64,000 nucleotides of DNA from Auanema rhodensis. Lineage: Eukaryota > Animalia > Nematoda. The notes under the pieces were generated by a model that saw only the letters and a list, made by a program, of their open reading frames with translations, was not told the origin of the DNA and searched no databases. The stretch spans positions 186,001 to 250,000 of the forward strand of contig CAXKVF010000086.1 of the NCBI GenBank assembly GCA_964057225.1, written 5' to 3'. Of this stretch, positions 1 through 14,000 are shown piece by piece. The position numbers and the translations under genes were made by a program. The first letter of the stretch is position 1. Each line of letters starts with the position of its first letter.

Positions 1-59
1 TGTTTTTAGACTAATATGGACATGGGGAATCTAATTTTGAAAACCGCATCTCTTCATCT

Positions 60-69
60 TTCACGTGAA
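60..69. promoter_or_regulatory. Perfect 10-bp palindrome TTCACGTGAA with canonical E-box/G-box (in nearly every monomer)
   Basis: Motif seen directly. CACGTG is the established bHLH/bHLH-ZIP and plant G-box core; binding here is not demonstrated. Confidence 0.5.
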
Positions 70-91
70 GCGAGTTACATACCAAGTGCAC

Positions 92-99
92 ATCACGTG
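92..99 (+). promoter_or_regulatory. Second E-box ATCACGTG (fits RTCACRTG pattern), in most monomers
   Basis: Seen directly; converted to CACGTA in G99A monomers. Function unproven. Confidence 0.45.
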
Positions 100-131
100 T
101 ACATTTAATTAGCATAAATTAAAGTTCACGT
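95..131. other. Imperfect inverted repeat ACGTGTAC(A)TTTAATT-AGCATA-AATTAAAGTTCACGT (potential hairpin/cruciform, every monomer)
   Basis: 104-110 TTTAATT pairs with 117-123 AATTAAA. After a 1-nt bulge (A103), 95-102 pairs with 124-131 with one T100:T126 mismatch. Confidence 0.85.
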
Positions 132-143
132 AAATTTCAAAGT

Positions 144-156
144 CATGGTTACCATG
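144..156. other. Dyad CATGGT-T-ACCATG (every monomer)
   Basis: 6-bp perfect arms around one central base; 7-bp arms in A157 monomers. Confidence 0.9.
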
Positions 157-176
157 CACCAATATCAATAAAAATT

Positions 177-352
177 TGTTTTTAGACTAATATGGACATG
201 GGGAATCTAATTTTGAAAACCGCATCTCTTTATCTTTCACGTGAAGCGAGTTACATACCAAGTGCACATCACGTGTACATTTAATTAGCATAAATTAAAG
301 TTCACGTAAATTTCAAAGTCATGGTTACCATGCACCAATATCAATAAAAATT
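177..352 (+). repeat. Consensus-type monomer: TGTTTTTAGACTAATATGGACATGGGGAATCTAATTTTGAAAACCGCATCTCTTTATCTTTCACGTGAAGCGAGTTACATACCAAGTGCACATCACGTGTACATTTAATTAGCATAAATTAAAGTTCACGTAAATTTCAAAGTCATGGTTACCATGCACCAATATCAATAAAAATT
   Basis: Read directly; 57/176 G+C (32%). Contains single ApaLI (GTGCAC), BsrGI (TGTACA) and BstEII (GGTTACC) sites and two PmlI (CACGTG) sites. Position 157 is C/A polymorphic throughout. Confidence 0.97.
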
Positions 353-704
353 TGTTTTTAGACTAATATGGACATGGGGAATCTAATTTTGAAAACCGCA
401 TCTCTTTATCTTTCACGTGAAGCGAGTTACATACCAAGTGCACATCACGTGTACATTTAATTAGCATAAATTAAAGTTCACGTAAATTTCAAAGTCATGG
501 TTACCATGCACCAATATCAATAAAAATTTGTTTTTAGACTAATATGGACACGGGGAATCTAATTTTGAAAACCGCATCTCTTTATCTTTCACGTGAAGCG
601 AGTTACATACCAAGTGCACATCACGTGTACATTTAATTAGCATAAATTAAAGTTCACGTAAATTTCAAAGTCATGGTTACCATGAACCAATATCAATAAA
701 AATT

Positions 705-3700
705 TGTTTTTAGACTAATATGGACATGGGGAATCTAATTTTGAAAACCGCATCTCTTCATCTTTCACGTGAAGCGAGTTACATACCAAGTGCACATCAC
801 GTGTACATTTAATTAGCATAAATTAAAGTTCACGTAAATTTCAAAGTCATGGTTACCATGAACCAATATCAATAAAAATTTGTTTTTAGACTAATATGGA
901 CATGGGGAATCTAATTTTGAAAACCGCATCTCTTTATCTTTCACGTGAAGCGAGTTACATACCAAGTGCACATCACGTGTACATTTAATTAGCATAAATT
1001 AAAGTTCACGTAAATTTCAAAGTCATGGTTACCATGCACCAATATCAATAAAAATTTGTTTTTAGACTAATATGGACATGGAGAATCTAATTTTGAAAAC
1101 CGCATCTCTTTATCTTTCACGTGAAGCGAGGTACATACCAAGTGCACATCACGTGTACATTTAATTAGCATAAATTAAAGTTCACGTAAATTTCAAAGTC
1201 ATGGTTACCATGAACCAATATCAATAAAAATTTGTTTTTAGACTAATATGGACATGGGGAATCTAATTTTGAAAACCGCATCTCTTTATCTTTCACGTGA
1301 AGCGAGTTACATACCAAGTGCACATCACGTGTACATTTAATTAGCATTAATTAAAGTTCACGTAAATTTCAAAGTCATGGTTACCATGAACCAATATCAA
1401 TAAAAATTTGTTTTTAGACTAATATGGACATGGGGAATCTAATTTTGAAAACCGCATCTCTTTATCTTTCACGTGAAGCGAGTTACATACCAAGTGCACA
1501 TCACGTGTACATTTAATTAGCATAAATTAAAGTTCACGTAAATTTCAAAGTCATGGTTACCATGCACCAATATCAATAAAAATTTGTTTTTAGACTAATA
1601 TGGACATGGGGAATCTAATTTTGAAAACCGCATCTCTTTATATTTCACGTGAAGCGAGTTACATACCAAGTGCACATCACGTGTACATTTAATTAGCATA
1701 AATTAAAGTTCACGTAAATTTCAAAGTCATGGTTACCATGCACCAATATCAATAAAAATTTGTTTTTAGACTAATATGGACATGGGGAATCTAATTTTGA
1801 AAACCGCATCTCTTTATCTTTCACATGAAGCGAGTTACATACCAAGTGCACATCACGTGTACATTTAATTAGCATAAATTAAAGTTCACGTAAATTTCAA
1901 AGTCATGGTTACCATGCACCAATATCAATAAAAATTTGTTTTTAGACTAATATGGACATGGGGAATCTAATTTTGAAAACCGCATCTCTTTATCTTTCAC
2001 GTGAAGTGAGTTACATACCAAGTGCACATCACGTATACATTTAATTAGCATAAATTAAAGTTCACGTAAATTTCAAAGTCATGGTTACCATGCACCAATA
2101 TCAATAAAAATTTGTTTTTAGACTAATATGGACATGGGGAATCTAATTTTGAAAACCGCATCTCTTTATCTTTCACGTGAAGCGAGTTACATACCAAGTG
2201 CACATCACGTGTACATTTAATTAGCATAAATTAAAGTTCACGTAAATTTCAAAGTCATGGTTACCATGCACCAATATCAATAAAAATTTGTTTTTAGACT
2301 AATATGGACATGGGGAATCTAATTTTGAAAACCGCATCTCTTTATCTTTCACGTGAAGCGAGTTACATACCAAGTGCACATCACGTGTACATTTAATTAG
2401 CATAAATTAAAGTTCACGTAAATTTCAAAGTCATGGTTACCATGAACCAATATCAATAAAAATTTGTTTTCAGACTAATATGGACATGGGGAATCTAATT
2501 TTGAAAACCGCATCTCTTTATCTTTCACGTGAAGCGAGTTACATACCAAGTGCACATCACGTGTACATTTAATTAGCATAAATTAAAGTTCACGTAAATT
2601 CCAAAGTCATGGTTACCATGCACCAATATCAATAAAAATTTGTTTTTAGACTAATATGGACATGGGGAATCTAATTTTGAAAACCGCATCTCTTTATCTT
2701 TCACGTGAAGCGAGTTACATACCAAGTGCACATCACGTGTACATTTAATTAGCATAAATTAAAGTTCACGTAAATTTCAAAGTCATGGTTACCATGCACC
2801 AATATCAATAAAAATTTGTTTTTAGACTAATATGGACATGGGGAATCTAATTTTGAAAACCGCATCTCTTCATCTTTCACGTGAAGCGAGTTACATACCA
2901 AGTGCACATCACGTGTACATTTAATTAGCATAAATTAAAGTTCACGTAAATTTCAAAGTCATGGTTACCATGCACCAATATCAATAAAAATTTGTTTTTA
3001 GACTAATATGGACATGGGGAATCTAATTTTGAAAACCGCATCTCTTTATCTTTCACGTGAAGCGAGTTACATACCAAGTGCACATCACGTGTACATTTAA
3101 TTAGCATAAATTAAAGTTCACGTAAATTTCAAAGTCATGGTTACCATGCACCAATATCAATAAAAATTTGTTTTTAGACTAATATGGACATGGGGAATCT
3201 AATTTTGAAAACCGCATCTCTTTATCTTTCACGTGAAGCGAGTTACATACCAAGTGCACATCACGTGTACATTTAATTAGCATAAATTAAAGTTCACGTA
3301 AATTTCAAAGTCATGGTTACCATGAACCAATATCAATAAAAATTTGTTTTCAGACTAATATGGACATGGGGAATCTAATTTTGAAAACCGCATCTCTTTA
3401 TCTTTCACGTGAAGCGAGTTACATACCAAGTGCACATCACGTGTACATTTAATTAGCATAAATTAAAGTTCACGTAAATTCCAAAGTCATGGTTACCATG
3501 CACCAATATCAATAAAAATTTGTTTTTAGACTAATATGGACATGGGGAATCTAATTTTGAAAACCGCATCTCTTTATCTTTCACGTGAAGCGAGTTACAT
3601 ACCAAGTGCACATCACGTGTACATTTAATTAGCATAAATTAAAGTTCACGTAAATTTCAAAGTCATGGTTACCATGCACCAATATCAATAAAAATTTGTT

Positions 3701-5632
3701 TTTAGACTAATATGGACATGGGGAATCTAATTTTGAAAACCGCATCTCTTCATCTTTCACGTGAAGCGAGTTACATACCAAGTGCACATCACGTGTACAT
3801 TTAATTAGCATAAATTAAAGTTCACGTAAATTTCAAAGTCATGGTTACCATGCACCAATATCAATAAAAATTTGTTTTTAGACTAATATGGACATGGGGA
3901 ATCTAATTTTGAAAACCGCATCTCTTTATCTTTCACGTGAAGCGAGTTACATACCAAGTGCACATCACGTGTACATTTAATTAGCATAAATTAAAGTTCA
4001 CGTAAATTTCAAAGTCATGGTTACCATGCACCAATATCAATAAAAATTTGTTTTTAGACTAATATGGACATGGGGAATCTAATTTTGAAAACCGCATCTC
4101 TTCATCTTTCACGTGAAGCGAGTTACATACCAAGTGCACATCACGTGTACATTTAATTAGCATAAATTAAAGTTCACGTAAATTTCAAAGTCATGGTTAC
4201 CATGCACCAATATCAATAAAAATCTGTTTTTAGACTAATATGGACATGGGAAATCTAATTTTGAAAACCGCATCTCTTTATCTTTCACGTGAAGCGAGTT
4301 ACATACCAAGTGCACATCACGTGTACATTTAATTAGCATAAATTAAAGTTCACGTAAATTTCAAAGTCATGGTTACCATGAACCAATATCAATAAAAATT
4401 TGTTTTTAGACTAATATGGACATGGGGAATCTAATTTTGAAAACCGCATCTCTTTATCTTTCACGTGAAGCGAGTTACATACCAAGTGCACATCACGTGT
4501 ACATTTAATTAGCATTAATTAAAGTTCACGTAAATTTCAAAGTCATGGTTACCATGAACCAATATCAATAAAAATTTGTTTTTAGACTAATATGGACATG
4601 GGGAATCTAATTTTGAAAACCGCATCTCTTCATCTTTCACGTGAAGCGAGTTACATACCAAGTGCACATCACGTGTACATTTAATTAGCATAAATTAAAG
4701 TTCACGTAAATTTCAAAGTCATGGTTACCATGAACCAATATCAATAAAAATTTGTTTTTAGACTAATATGGACATGGGGAATCTAATTTTGAAAACCGCA
4801 TCTCTTTATCTTTCACGTGAAGCGAGTTACATACCAAGTGCACATCACGTGTACATTTAATTAGCATAAATTAAAGTTCACGTAAATTTCAAAGTCATGG
4901 TTACCATGCACCAATATCAATAAAAATTTGTTTTTAGACTAATATGGACATGGAGAATCTAATTTTGAAAACCGCATCTCTTTATCTTTCACGTGAAGCG
5001 AGGTACATACCAAGTGCACATCACGTGTACATTTAATTAGCATAAATTAAAGTTCACGTAAATTTCAAAGTCATGGTTACCATGAACCAATATCAATAAA
5101 AATTTGTTTTTAGACTAATATGGACATGGGGAATCTAATTTTGAAAACCGCATCTCTTTATCTTTCACGTGAAGCGAGTTACATACCAAGTGCACATCAC
5201 GTGTACATTTAATTAGCATTAATTAAAGTTCACGTAAATTTCAAAGTCATGGTTACCATGAACCAATATCAATAAAAATTTGTTTTTAGACTAATATGGA
5301 CATGGGGAATCTAATTTTGAAAACCGCATCTCTTTATCTTTCACGTGAAGCGAGTTACATACCAAGTGCACATCACGTGTACATTTAATTAGCATAAATT
5401 AAAGTTCACGTAAATTTCAAAGTCATGGTTACCATGCACCAATATCAATAAAAATTTGTTTTTAGACTAATATGGACATGGGGAATCTAATTTTGAAAAC
5501 CGCATCTCTTTATATTTCACGTGAAGCGAGTTACATACCAAGTGCACATCACGTGTACATTTAATTAGCATAAATTAAAGTTCACGTAAATTTCAAAGTC
5601 ATGGTTACCATGCACCAATATCAATAAAAATT
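705..5632 (+). repeat. 6-monomer block (705-1760) re-copied 22 monomers downstream (4577-5632)
   Basis: G26A 1082/4954, T75G 1131/5003, A116T 1348/5220, C58A 1642/5514; constant offset 3872. Confidence 0.9.
2113..3872 (+). repeat. Tandem duplication of 5 monomers (880 bp)
   Basis: T7C 2471/3351, T137C 2601/3481, T55C 2871/3751. Confidence 0.85.
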
Positions 5633-8096
5633 TGTTTTTAGACTAATATGGACATGGGGAATCTAATTTTGAAAACCGCATCTCTTTATCTTTCACGTGA
5701 AGCGAGTTACATACCAAGTGCACATCACGTATACATTTAATTAGCATAAATTAAAGTTCACGTAAATTTCAAAGTCATGGTTACCATGCACCAATATCAA
5801 TAAAAATTTGTTTTTAGACTAATATGGACATGGGGAATCTAATTTTGAAAACCGCATCTCTTTATCTTTCACGTGAAGCGAGTTACATACCAAGTGCACA
5901 TCACGTGTACATTTAATTAGCATAAATTAAAGTTCACGTAAATTTCAAAGTCATGGTTACCATGCACCAATATCAATAAAAATCTGTTTTTAGACTAATA
6001 TGGACATGGGAAATCTAATTTTGAAAACCGCATCTCTTTATCTTTCACGTGAAGCGAGTTACATACCAAGTGCACATCACGTGTACATTTAATTAGCATA
6101 AATTAAAGTTCACGTAAATTTCAAAGTCATGGTTACCATGAACCAATATCAATAAAAATTTGTTTTCAGACTAATATGGACATGGGGAATCTAATTTTGA
6201 AAACCGCATCTCTTTATCTTTCACGTGAAGCGAGTTACATACCAAGTGCACATCACGTGTACATTTAATTAGCATAAATTAAAGTTCACGTAAATTCCAA
6301 AGTCATGGTTACCATGCACCAATATCAATAAAAATTTGTTTTTAGACTAATATGGACATGGGGAATCTAATTTTGAAAACCGCATCTCTTTATCTTTCAC
6401 GTGAAGCGAGTTACATACCAAGTGCACATCACGTGTACATTTAATTAGCATAAATTAAAGTTCACGTAAATTTCAAAGTCATGGTTACCATGCACCAATA
6501 TCAATAAAAATTTGTTTTTAGACTAATATGGACATGGGGAATCTAATTTTGAAAACCGCATCTCTTCATCTTTCACGTGAAGCGAGTTACATACCAAGTG
6601 CACATCACGTGTACATTTAATTAGCATAAATTAAAGTTCACGTAAATTTCAAAGTCATGGTTACCATGCACCAATATCAATAAAAATTTGTTTTTAGACT
6701 AATATGGACATGGGGAATCTAATTTTGAAAACCGCATCTCTTTATCTTTCACGTGAAGCGAGTTACATACCAAGTGCACATCACGTGTACATTTAATTAG
6801 CATAAATTAAAGTTCACGTAAATTTCAAAGTCATGGTTACCATGCACCAATATCAATAAAAATTTGTTTTTAGACTAATATGGACATGGGGAATCTAATT
6901 TTGAAAACCGCATCTCTTCATCTTTCACGTGAAGCGAGTTACATACCAAGTGCACATCACGTGTACATTTAATTAGCATAAATTAAAGTTCACGTAAATT
7001 TCAAAGTCATGGTTACCATGCACCAATATCAATAAAAATCTGTTTTTAGACTAATATGGACATGGGAAATCTAATTTTGAAAACCGCATCTCTTTATCTT
7101 TCACGTGAAGCGAGTTACATACCAAGTGCACATCACGTGTACATTTAATTAGCATAAATTAAAGTTCACGTAAATTTCAAAGTCATGGTTACCATGAACC
7201 AATATCAATAAAAATTTGTTTTCAGACTAATATGGACATGGGGAATCTAATTTTGAAAACCGCATCTCTTTATCTTTCACGTGAAGCGAGTTACATACCA
7301 AGTGCACATCACGTGTACATTTAATTAGCATAAATTAAAGTTCACGTAAATTTCAAAGTCATGGTTACCATGCACCAATATCAATAAAAATTTGTTTTTA
7401 GACTAATATGGACATGGGGAATCTAATTTTGAAAACCGCATCTCTTCATCTTTCACGTGAAGCGAGTTACATACCAAGTGCACATCACGTGTACATTTAA
7501 TTAGCATAAATTAAAGTTCACGTAAATTTCAAAGTCATGGTTACCATGCACCAATATCAATAAAAATCTGTTTTTAGACTAATATGGACATGGGAAATCT
7601 AATTTTGAAAACCGCATCTCTTTATCTTTCACGTGAAGCGAGTTACATACCAAGTGCACATCACGTGTACATTTAATTAGCATAAATTAAAGTTCACGTA
7701 AATTTCAAAGTCATGGTTACCATGAACCAATATCAATAAAAATTTGTTTTCAGACTAATATGGACATGGGGAATCTAATTTTGAAAACCGCATCTCTTTA
7801 TCTTTCACGTGAAGCGAGTTACATACCAAGTGCACATCACGTGTACATTTAATTAGCATAAATTAAAGTTCACGTAAATTTCAAAGTCATGGTTACCATG
7901 AACCAATATCAATAAAAATTTGTTTTTAGACTAATATGGACATGGGGAATCTAATTTTGAAAACCGCATCTCTTTATCTTTCACGTGAAGCGAGTTACAT
8001 ACCAAGTGCACATCACGTGTACATTTAATTAGCATAAATTAAAGTTCACGTAAATTTCAAAGTCATGGTTACCATGAACCAATATCAATAAAAATT

Positions 8097-11000
8097 TGTT
8101 TTTAGACTAATATGGACATGGGGAATCTAATTTTGAAAACCGCATCTCTTTATCTTTCACGTGAAGCGAGTTACATACCAAGTGCACATCACGTGTACAT
8201 TTAATTAGCATAAATTAAAGTTCACGTAAATTTCAAAGTCATGGTTACCATGCACCAATATAAATAAAAATTTGTTTTTAGACTAATATGGACATGGGGA
8301 ATCTAATTTTGAAAACCGCATCTCTTTATCTTTCACGTGAAGCGAGTTACATACCAAGTGCACATCACGTGTACATTTAATTAGCATAAATTAAAGTTCA
8401 CGTAAATTTCAAAGTCATGGTTACCATGCACCAATATCAATAAAAATTTGTTTTTAGACTAATATGGACATGGGGAATCTAATTTTGAAAACCGCATCTC
8501 TTTATATTTCACGTGAAGCGAGTTACATACCAAGTGCACATCACGTGTACATTTAATTAGCATAAATTAAAGTTCACGTAAATTTCAAAGTCATGGTTAC
8601 CATGCACCAATATCAATAAAAATTTGTTTTTAGACTAATATGGACATGGGGAATCTAATTTTGAAAACCGCATCTCTTTATCTTTCACGTGAAGCGAGTT
8701 ACATACCAAGTGCACATCACGTATACATTTAATTAGCATAAATTAAAGTTCACGTAAATTTCAAAGTCATGGTTACCATGCACCAATATCAATAAAAATT
8801 TGTTTTTAGACTAATATGGACATGGGGAATCTAATTTTGAAAACCGCATCTCTTTATCTTTCACATGAAGCGAGTTACATACCAAGTGCACATCACGTGT
8901 ACATTTAATTAGCATAAATTAAAGTTCACGTAAATTTCAAAGTCATGGTTACCATGCACCAATATCAATAAAAATTTGTTTTTAGACTAATATGGACATG
9001 GGGAATCTAATTTTGAAAACCGCATCTCTTTATCTTTCACGTGAAGTGAGTTACATACCAAGTGCACATCACGTATACATTTAATTAGCATAAATTAAAG
9101 TTCACGTAAATTTCAAAGGCATGGTTACCATGCACCAATATCAATAAAAATTTGTTTTTAGACTAATATGGACATGGGGAATCTAATTTTGAAAACCGCA
9201 TCTCTTTATCTTTCACGTGAAGCGAGTTACATACCAAGTGCACATCACGTGTACATTTAATTAGCATAAATTAAAGTTCACGTAAATTTCAAAGTCATGG
9301 TTACCATGCACCAATATCAATAAAAATTTGTTTTTAGACTAATATGGACATGGGGAATCTAATTTTGAAAACCGCATCTCTTTATCTTTCACGTGAAGCG
9401 AGTTACATACCAAGTGCACATCACGTGTACATTTAATTAGCATAAATTAAAGTTCACGTAAATTCCAAAGTCATGGTTACCATGCACCAATATCAATAAA
9501 AATTTGTTTTTAGACTAATATGGACATGGGGAATCTAATTTTGAAAACCGCATCTCTTTATCTTTCACGTGAAGCGAGTTACATACCAAGTGCACATCAC
9601 GTGTACATTTAATTAGCATAAATTAAAGTTCACGTAAATTTCAAAGTCATGGTTACCATGCACCAATATCAATAAAAATTTGTTTTTAGACTAATATGGA
9701 CATGGGGAATCTAATTTTGAAAACCGCATCTCTTCATCTTTCACGTGAAGCGAGTTACATACCAAGTGCACATCACGTGTACATTTAATTAGCATAAATT
9801 AAAGTTCACGTAAATTTCAAAGTCATGGTTACCATGCACCAATATCAATAAAAATTTGTTTTTAGACTAATATGGACATGGGAAATCTAATTTTGAAAAC
9901 CGCATCTCTTTATCTTTCACGTGAAGCGAGTTACATACCAAGTGCACATCACGTGTACATTTAATTAGCATAAATTAAAGTTCACGTAAATTTCAAAGTC
10001 ATGGTTACCATGCACCAATATCAATAAAAATTTGTTTTTAGACTAATATGGACATGGGGAATCTAATTTTGAAAACCGCATCTCTTTATCTTTCACGTGA
10101 AGCGAGTTACATACCAAGTGCACATCACGTGTACATTTAATTAGCATAAATTAAAGTTCACGTAAATTTCAAAGTCATGGTTACCATGCACCAATATCAA
10201 TAAAAATTTGTTTTTAGACTAATATGGACATGGGGAATCTAATTTTGAAAACCGCATCTCTTTATCTTTCACGTGAAGCGAGTTACATACCAAGTGCACA
10301 TCACGTGTACATTTAATTAGCATAAATTAAAGTTCACGTAAATTTCAAAGTCATGGTTACCATGCACCAATATCAATAAAAATTTGTTTTTAGACTAATA
10401 TGGACATGGGGAATCTAATTTTGAAAACCGCATCTCTTCATCTTTCACGTGAAGCGAGTTACATACCAAGTGCACATCACGTGTACATTTAATTAGCATA
10501 AATTAAAGTTCACGTAAATTTCAAAGTCATGGTTACCATGCACCAATATCAATAAAAATCTGTTTTTAGACTAATATGGACATGGGAAATCTAATTTTGA
10601 AAACCGCATCTCTTTATCTTTCACGTGAAGCGAGTTACATACCAAGTGCACATCACGTGTACATTTAATTAGCATAAATTAAAGTTCACGTAAATTTCAA
10701 AGTCATGGTTACCATGAACCAATATCAATAAAAATTTGTTTTCAGACTAATATGGACATGGGGAATCTAATTTTGAAAACCGCATCTCTTTATCTTTCAC
10801 GTGAAGCGAGTTACATACCAAGTGCACATCACGTGTACATTTAATTAGCATAAATTAAAGTTCACGTAAATTTCAAAGTCATGGTTACCATGCACCAATA
10901 TCAATAAAAATCTGTTTTTAGACTAATATGGACATGGGAAATCTAATTTTGAAAACCGCATCTCTTCATCTTTCACGTGAAGCGAGTTACATACCAAGTG

Positions 11001-14000
11001 CACATCACGTGTACATTTAATTAGCATAAATTAAAGTTCACGTAAATTTCAAAGTCATGGTTACCATGCACCAATATCAATAAAAATCTGTTTTTAGACT
11101 AATATGGACATGGGAAATCTAATTTTGAAAACCGCATCTCTTTATCTTTCACGTGAAGCGAGTTACATACCAAGTGCACATCACGTGTACATTTAATTAG
11201 CATAAATTAAAGTTCACGAAAATTTCAAAGTCATGGTTACCATGAACCAATATCAATAAAAATTTGTTTTTAGACTAATATGGACATGGGGAATCTAATT
11301 TTGAAAACCGCATCTCTTCATCTTTCACGTGAAGCGAGTTACATACCAAGTGCACATCACGTGTACATTTAATTAGCATAAATTAAAGTTCACGTAAATT
11401 TCAAAGTCATGGTTACCATGAACCAATATCAATAAAAATTTGTTTTCAGACTAATATGGACATGGGGAATCTAATTTTGAAAACCGCATCTCTTTATCTT
11501 TCACGTGAAGCGAGTTACATACCAAGTGCACATCACGTGTACATTTAATTAGCATAAATTAAAGTTCACGTAAATTTCAAAGTCATGGTTACCATGCACC
11601 AATATCAATAAAAATTTGTTTTTAGACTAATATGGACATGGGGAATCTAATTTTGAAAACCGCATCTCTTCATCTTTCACGTGAAGCGAGTTACATACCA
11701 AGTGCACATCACGTGTACATTTAATTAGCATAAATTAAAGTTCACGTAAATTTCAAAGTCATGGTTACCATGCACCAATATCAATAAAAATCTGTTTTTA
11801 GACTAATATGGACATGGGAAATCTAATTTTGAAAACCGCATCTCTTTATCTTTCACGTGAAGCGAGTTACATACCAAGTGCACATCACGTGTACATTTAA
11901 TTAGCATAAATTAAAGTTCACGTAAATTTCAAAGTCATGGTTACCATGAACCAATATCAATAAAAATTTGTTTTCAGACTAATATGGACATGGGGAATCT
12001 AATTTTGAAAACCGCATCTCTTTATCTTTCACGTGAAGCGAGTTACATACCAAGTGCACATCACGTGTACATTTAATTAGCATAAATTAAAGTTCACGTA
12101 AATTTCAAAGTCATGGTTACCATGAACCAATATCAATAAAAATTTGTTTTTAGACTAATATGGACATGGGGAATCTAATTTTGAAAACCGCATCTCTTTA
12201 TCTTTCACGTGAAGCGAGTTACATACCAAGTGCACATCACGTGTACATTTAATTAGCATAAATTAAAGTTCACGTAAATTTCAAAGTCATGGTTACCATG
12301 AACCAATATCAATAAAAATTTGTTTTTAGACTAATATGGACATGGGGAATCTAATTTTGAAAACCGCATCTCTTTATCTTTCACGTGAAGCGAGTTACAT
12401 ACCAAGTGCACATCACGTGTACATTTAATTAGCATAAATTAAAGTTCACGTAAATTTCAAAGTCATGGTTACCATGCACCAATATAAATAAAAATTTGTT
12501 TTTAGACTAATATGGACATGGGGAATCTAATTTTGAAAACCGCATCTCTTTATCTTTCACGTGAAGCGAGTTACATACCAAGTGCACATCACGTGTACAT
12601 TTAATTAGCATAAATTAAAGTTCACGTAAATTTCAAAGTCATGGTTACCATGCACCAATATCAATAAAAATTTGTTTTTAGACTAATATGGACATGGGGA
12701 ATCTAATTTTGAAAACCGCATCTCTTTATATTTCACGTGAAGCGAGTTACATACCAAGTGCACATCACGTGTACATTTAATTAGCATAAATTAAAGTTCA
12801 CGTAAATTTCAAAGTCATGGTTACCATGCACCAATATCAATAAAAATTTGTTTTTAGACTAATATGGACATGGGGAATCTAATTTTGAAAACCGCATCTC
12901 TTTATCTTTCACGTGAAGCGAGTTACATACCAAGTGCACATCACGTATACATTTAATTAGCATAAATTAAAGTTCACGTAAATTTCAAAGTCATGGTTAC
13001 CATGCACCAATATCAATAAAAATTTGTTTTTAGACTAATATGGACATGGGGAATCTAATTTTGAAAACCGCATCTCTTTATCTTTCACATGAAGCGAGTT
13101 ACATACCAAGTGCACATCACGTGTACATTTAATTAGCATAAATTAAAGTTCACGTAAATTTCAAAGTCATGGTTACCATGCACCAATATCAATAAAAATT
13201 TGTTTTTAGACTAATATGGACATGGGGAATCTAATTTTGAAAACCGCATCTCTTTATCTTTCACGTGAAGTGAGTTACATACCAAGTGCACATCACGTAT
13301 ACATTTAATTAGCATAAATTAAAGTTCACGTAAATTTCAAAGTCATGGTTACCATGCACCAATATCAATAAAAATTTGTTTTTAGACTAATATGGACATG
13401 GGGAATCTAATTTTGAAAACCGCATCTCTTTATCTTTCACGTGAAGCGAGTTACATACCAAGTGCACATCACGTGTACATTTAATTAGCATAAATTAAAG
13501 TTCACGTAAATTTCAAAGTCATGGTTACCATGCACCAATATCAATAAAAATCTGTTTTTAGACTAATATGGACATGGGAAATCTAATTTTGAAAACCGCA
13601 TCTCTTTATCTTTCACGTGAAGCGAGTTACATACCAAGTGCACATCACGTGTACATTTAATTAGCATAAATTAAAGTTCACGTAAATTTCAAAGTCATGG
13701 TTACCATGAACCAATATCAATAAAAATTTGTTTTCAGACTAATATGGACATGGGGAATCTAATTTTGAAAACCGCATCTCTTTATCTTTCACGTGAAGCG
13801 AGTTACATACCAAGTGCACATCACGTGTACATTTAATTAGCATAAATTAAAGTTCACGTAAATTTCAAAGTCATGGTTACCATGCACCAATATCAATAAA
13901 AATCTGTTTTTAGACTAATATGGACATGGGAAATCTAATTTTGAAAACCGCATCTCTTCATCTTTCACGTGAAGCGAGTTACATACCAAGTGCACATCAC

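Noticed and set aside
159-172. CCAAT box and AATAAA poly(A) signal in each monomer
   Set aside because: Short motifs expected by chance in 68% AT DNA; no transcription evidence.
1-176. Tandem 5S rRNA, tRNA, snRNA or spliced-leader gene unit
   Set aside because: No recognisable similarity, cloverleaf or Pol III A/B/C boxes; an Rfam/Infernal search would settle it.
1-176. Brassica CentBr or honeybee AluI satellite (both ~176 bp)
   Set aside because: Only the length matches; the consensus lacks the AAGCTT and AGCT sites associated with those families and does not resemble CentBr as I recall it.
92-200. Budding-yeast point centromere (CDEI-CDEII-CDEIII)
   Set aside because: The CDEI-like 8-mer is present, but the following DNA is not a >90% AT CDEII, no CDEIII consensus is evident, and point centromeres are not tandem arrays.
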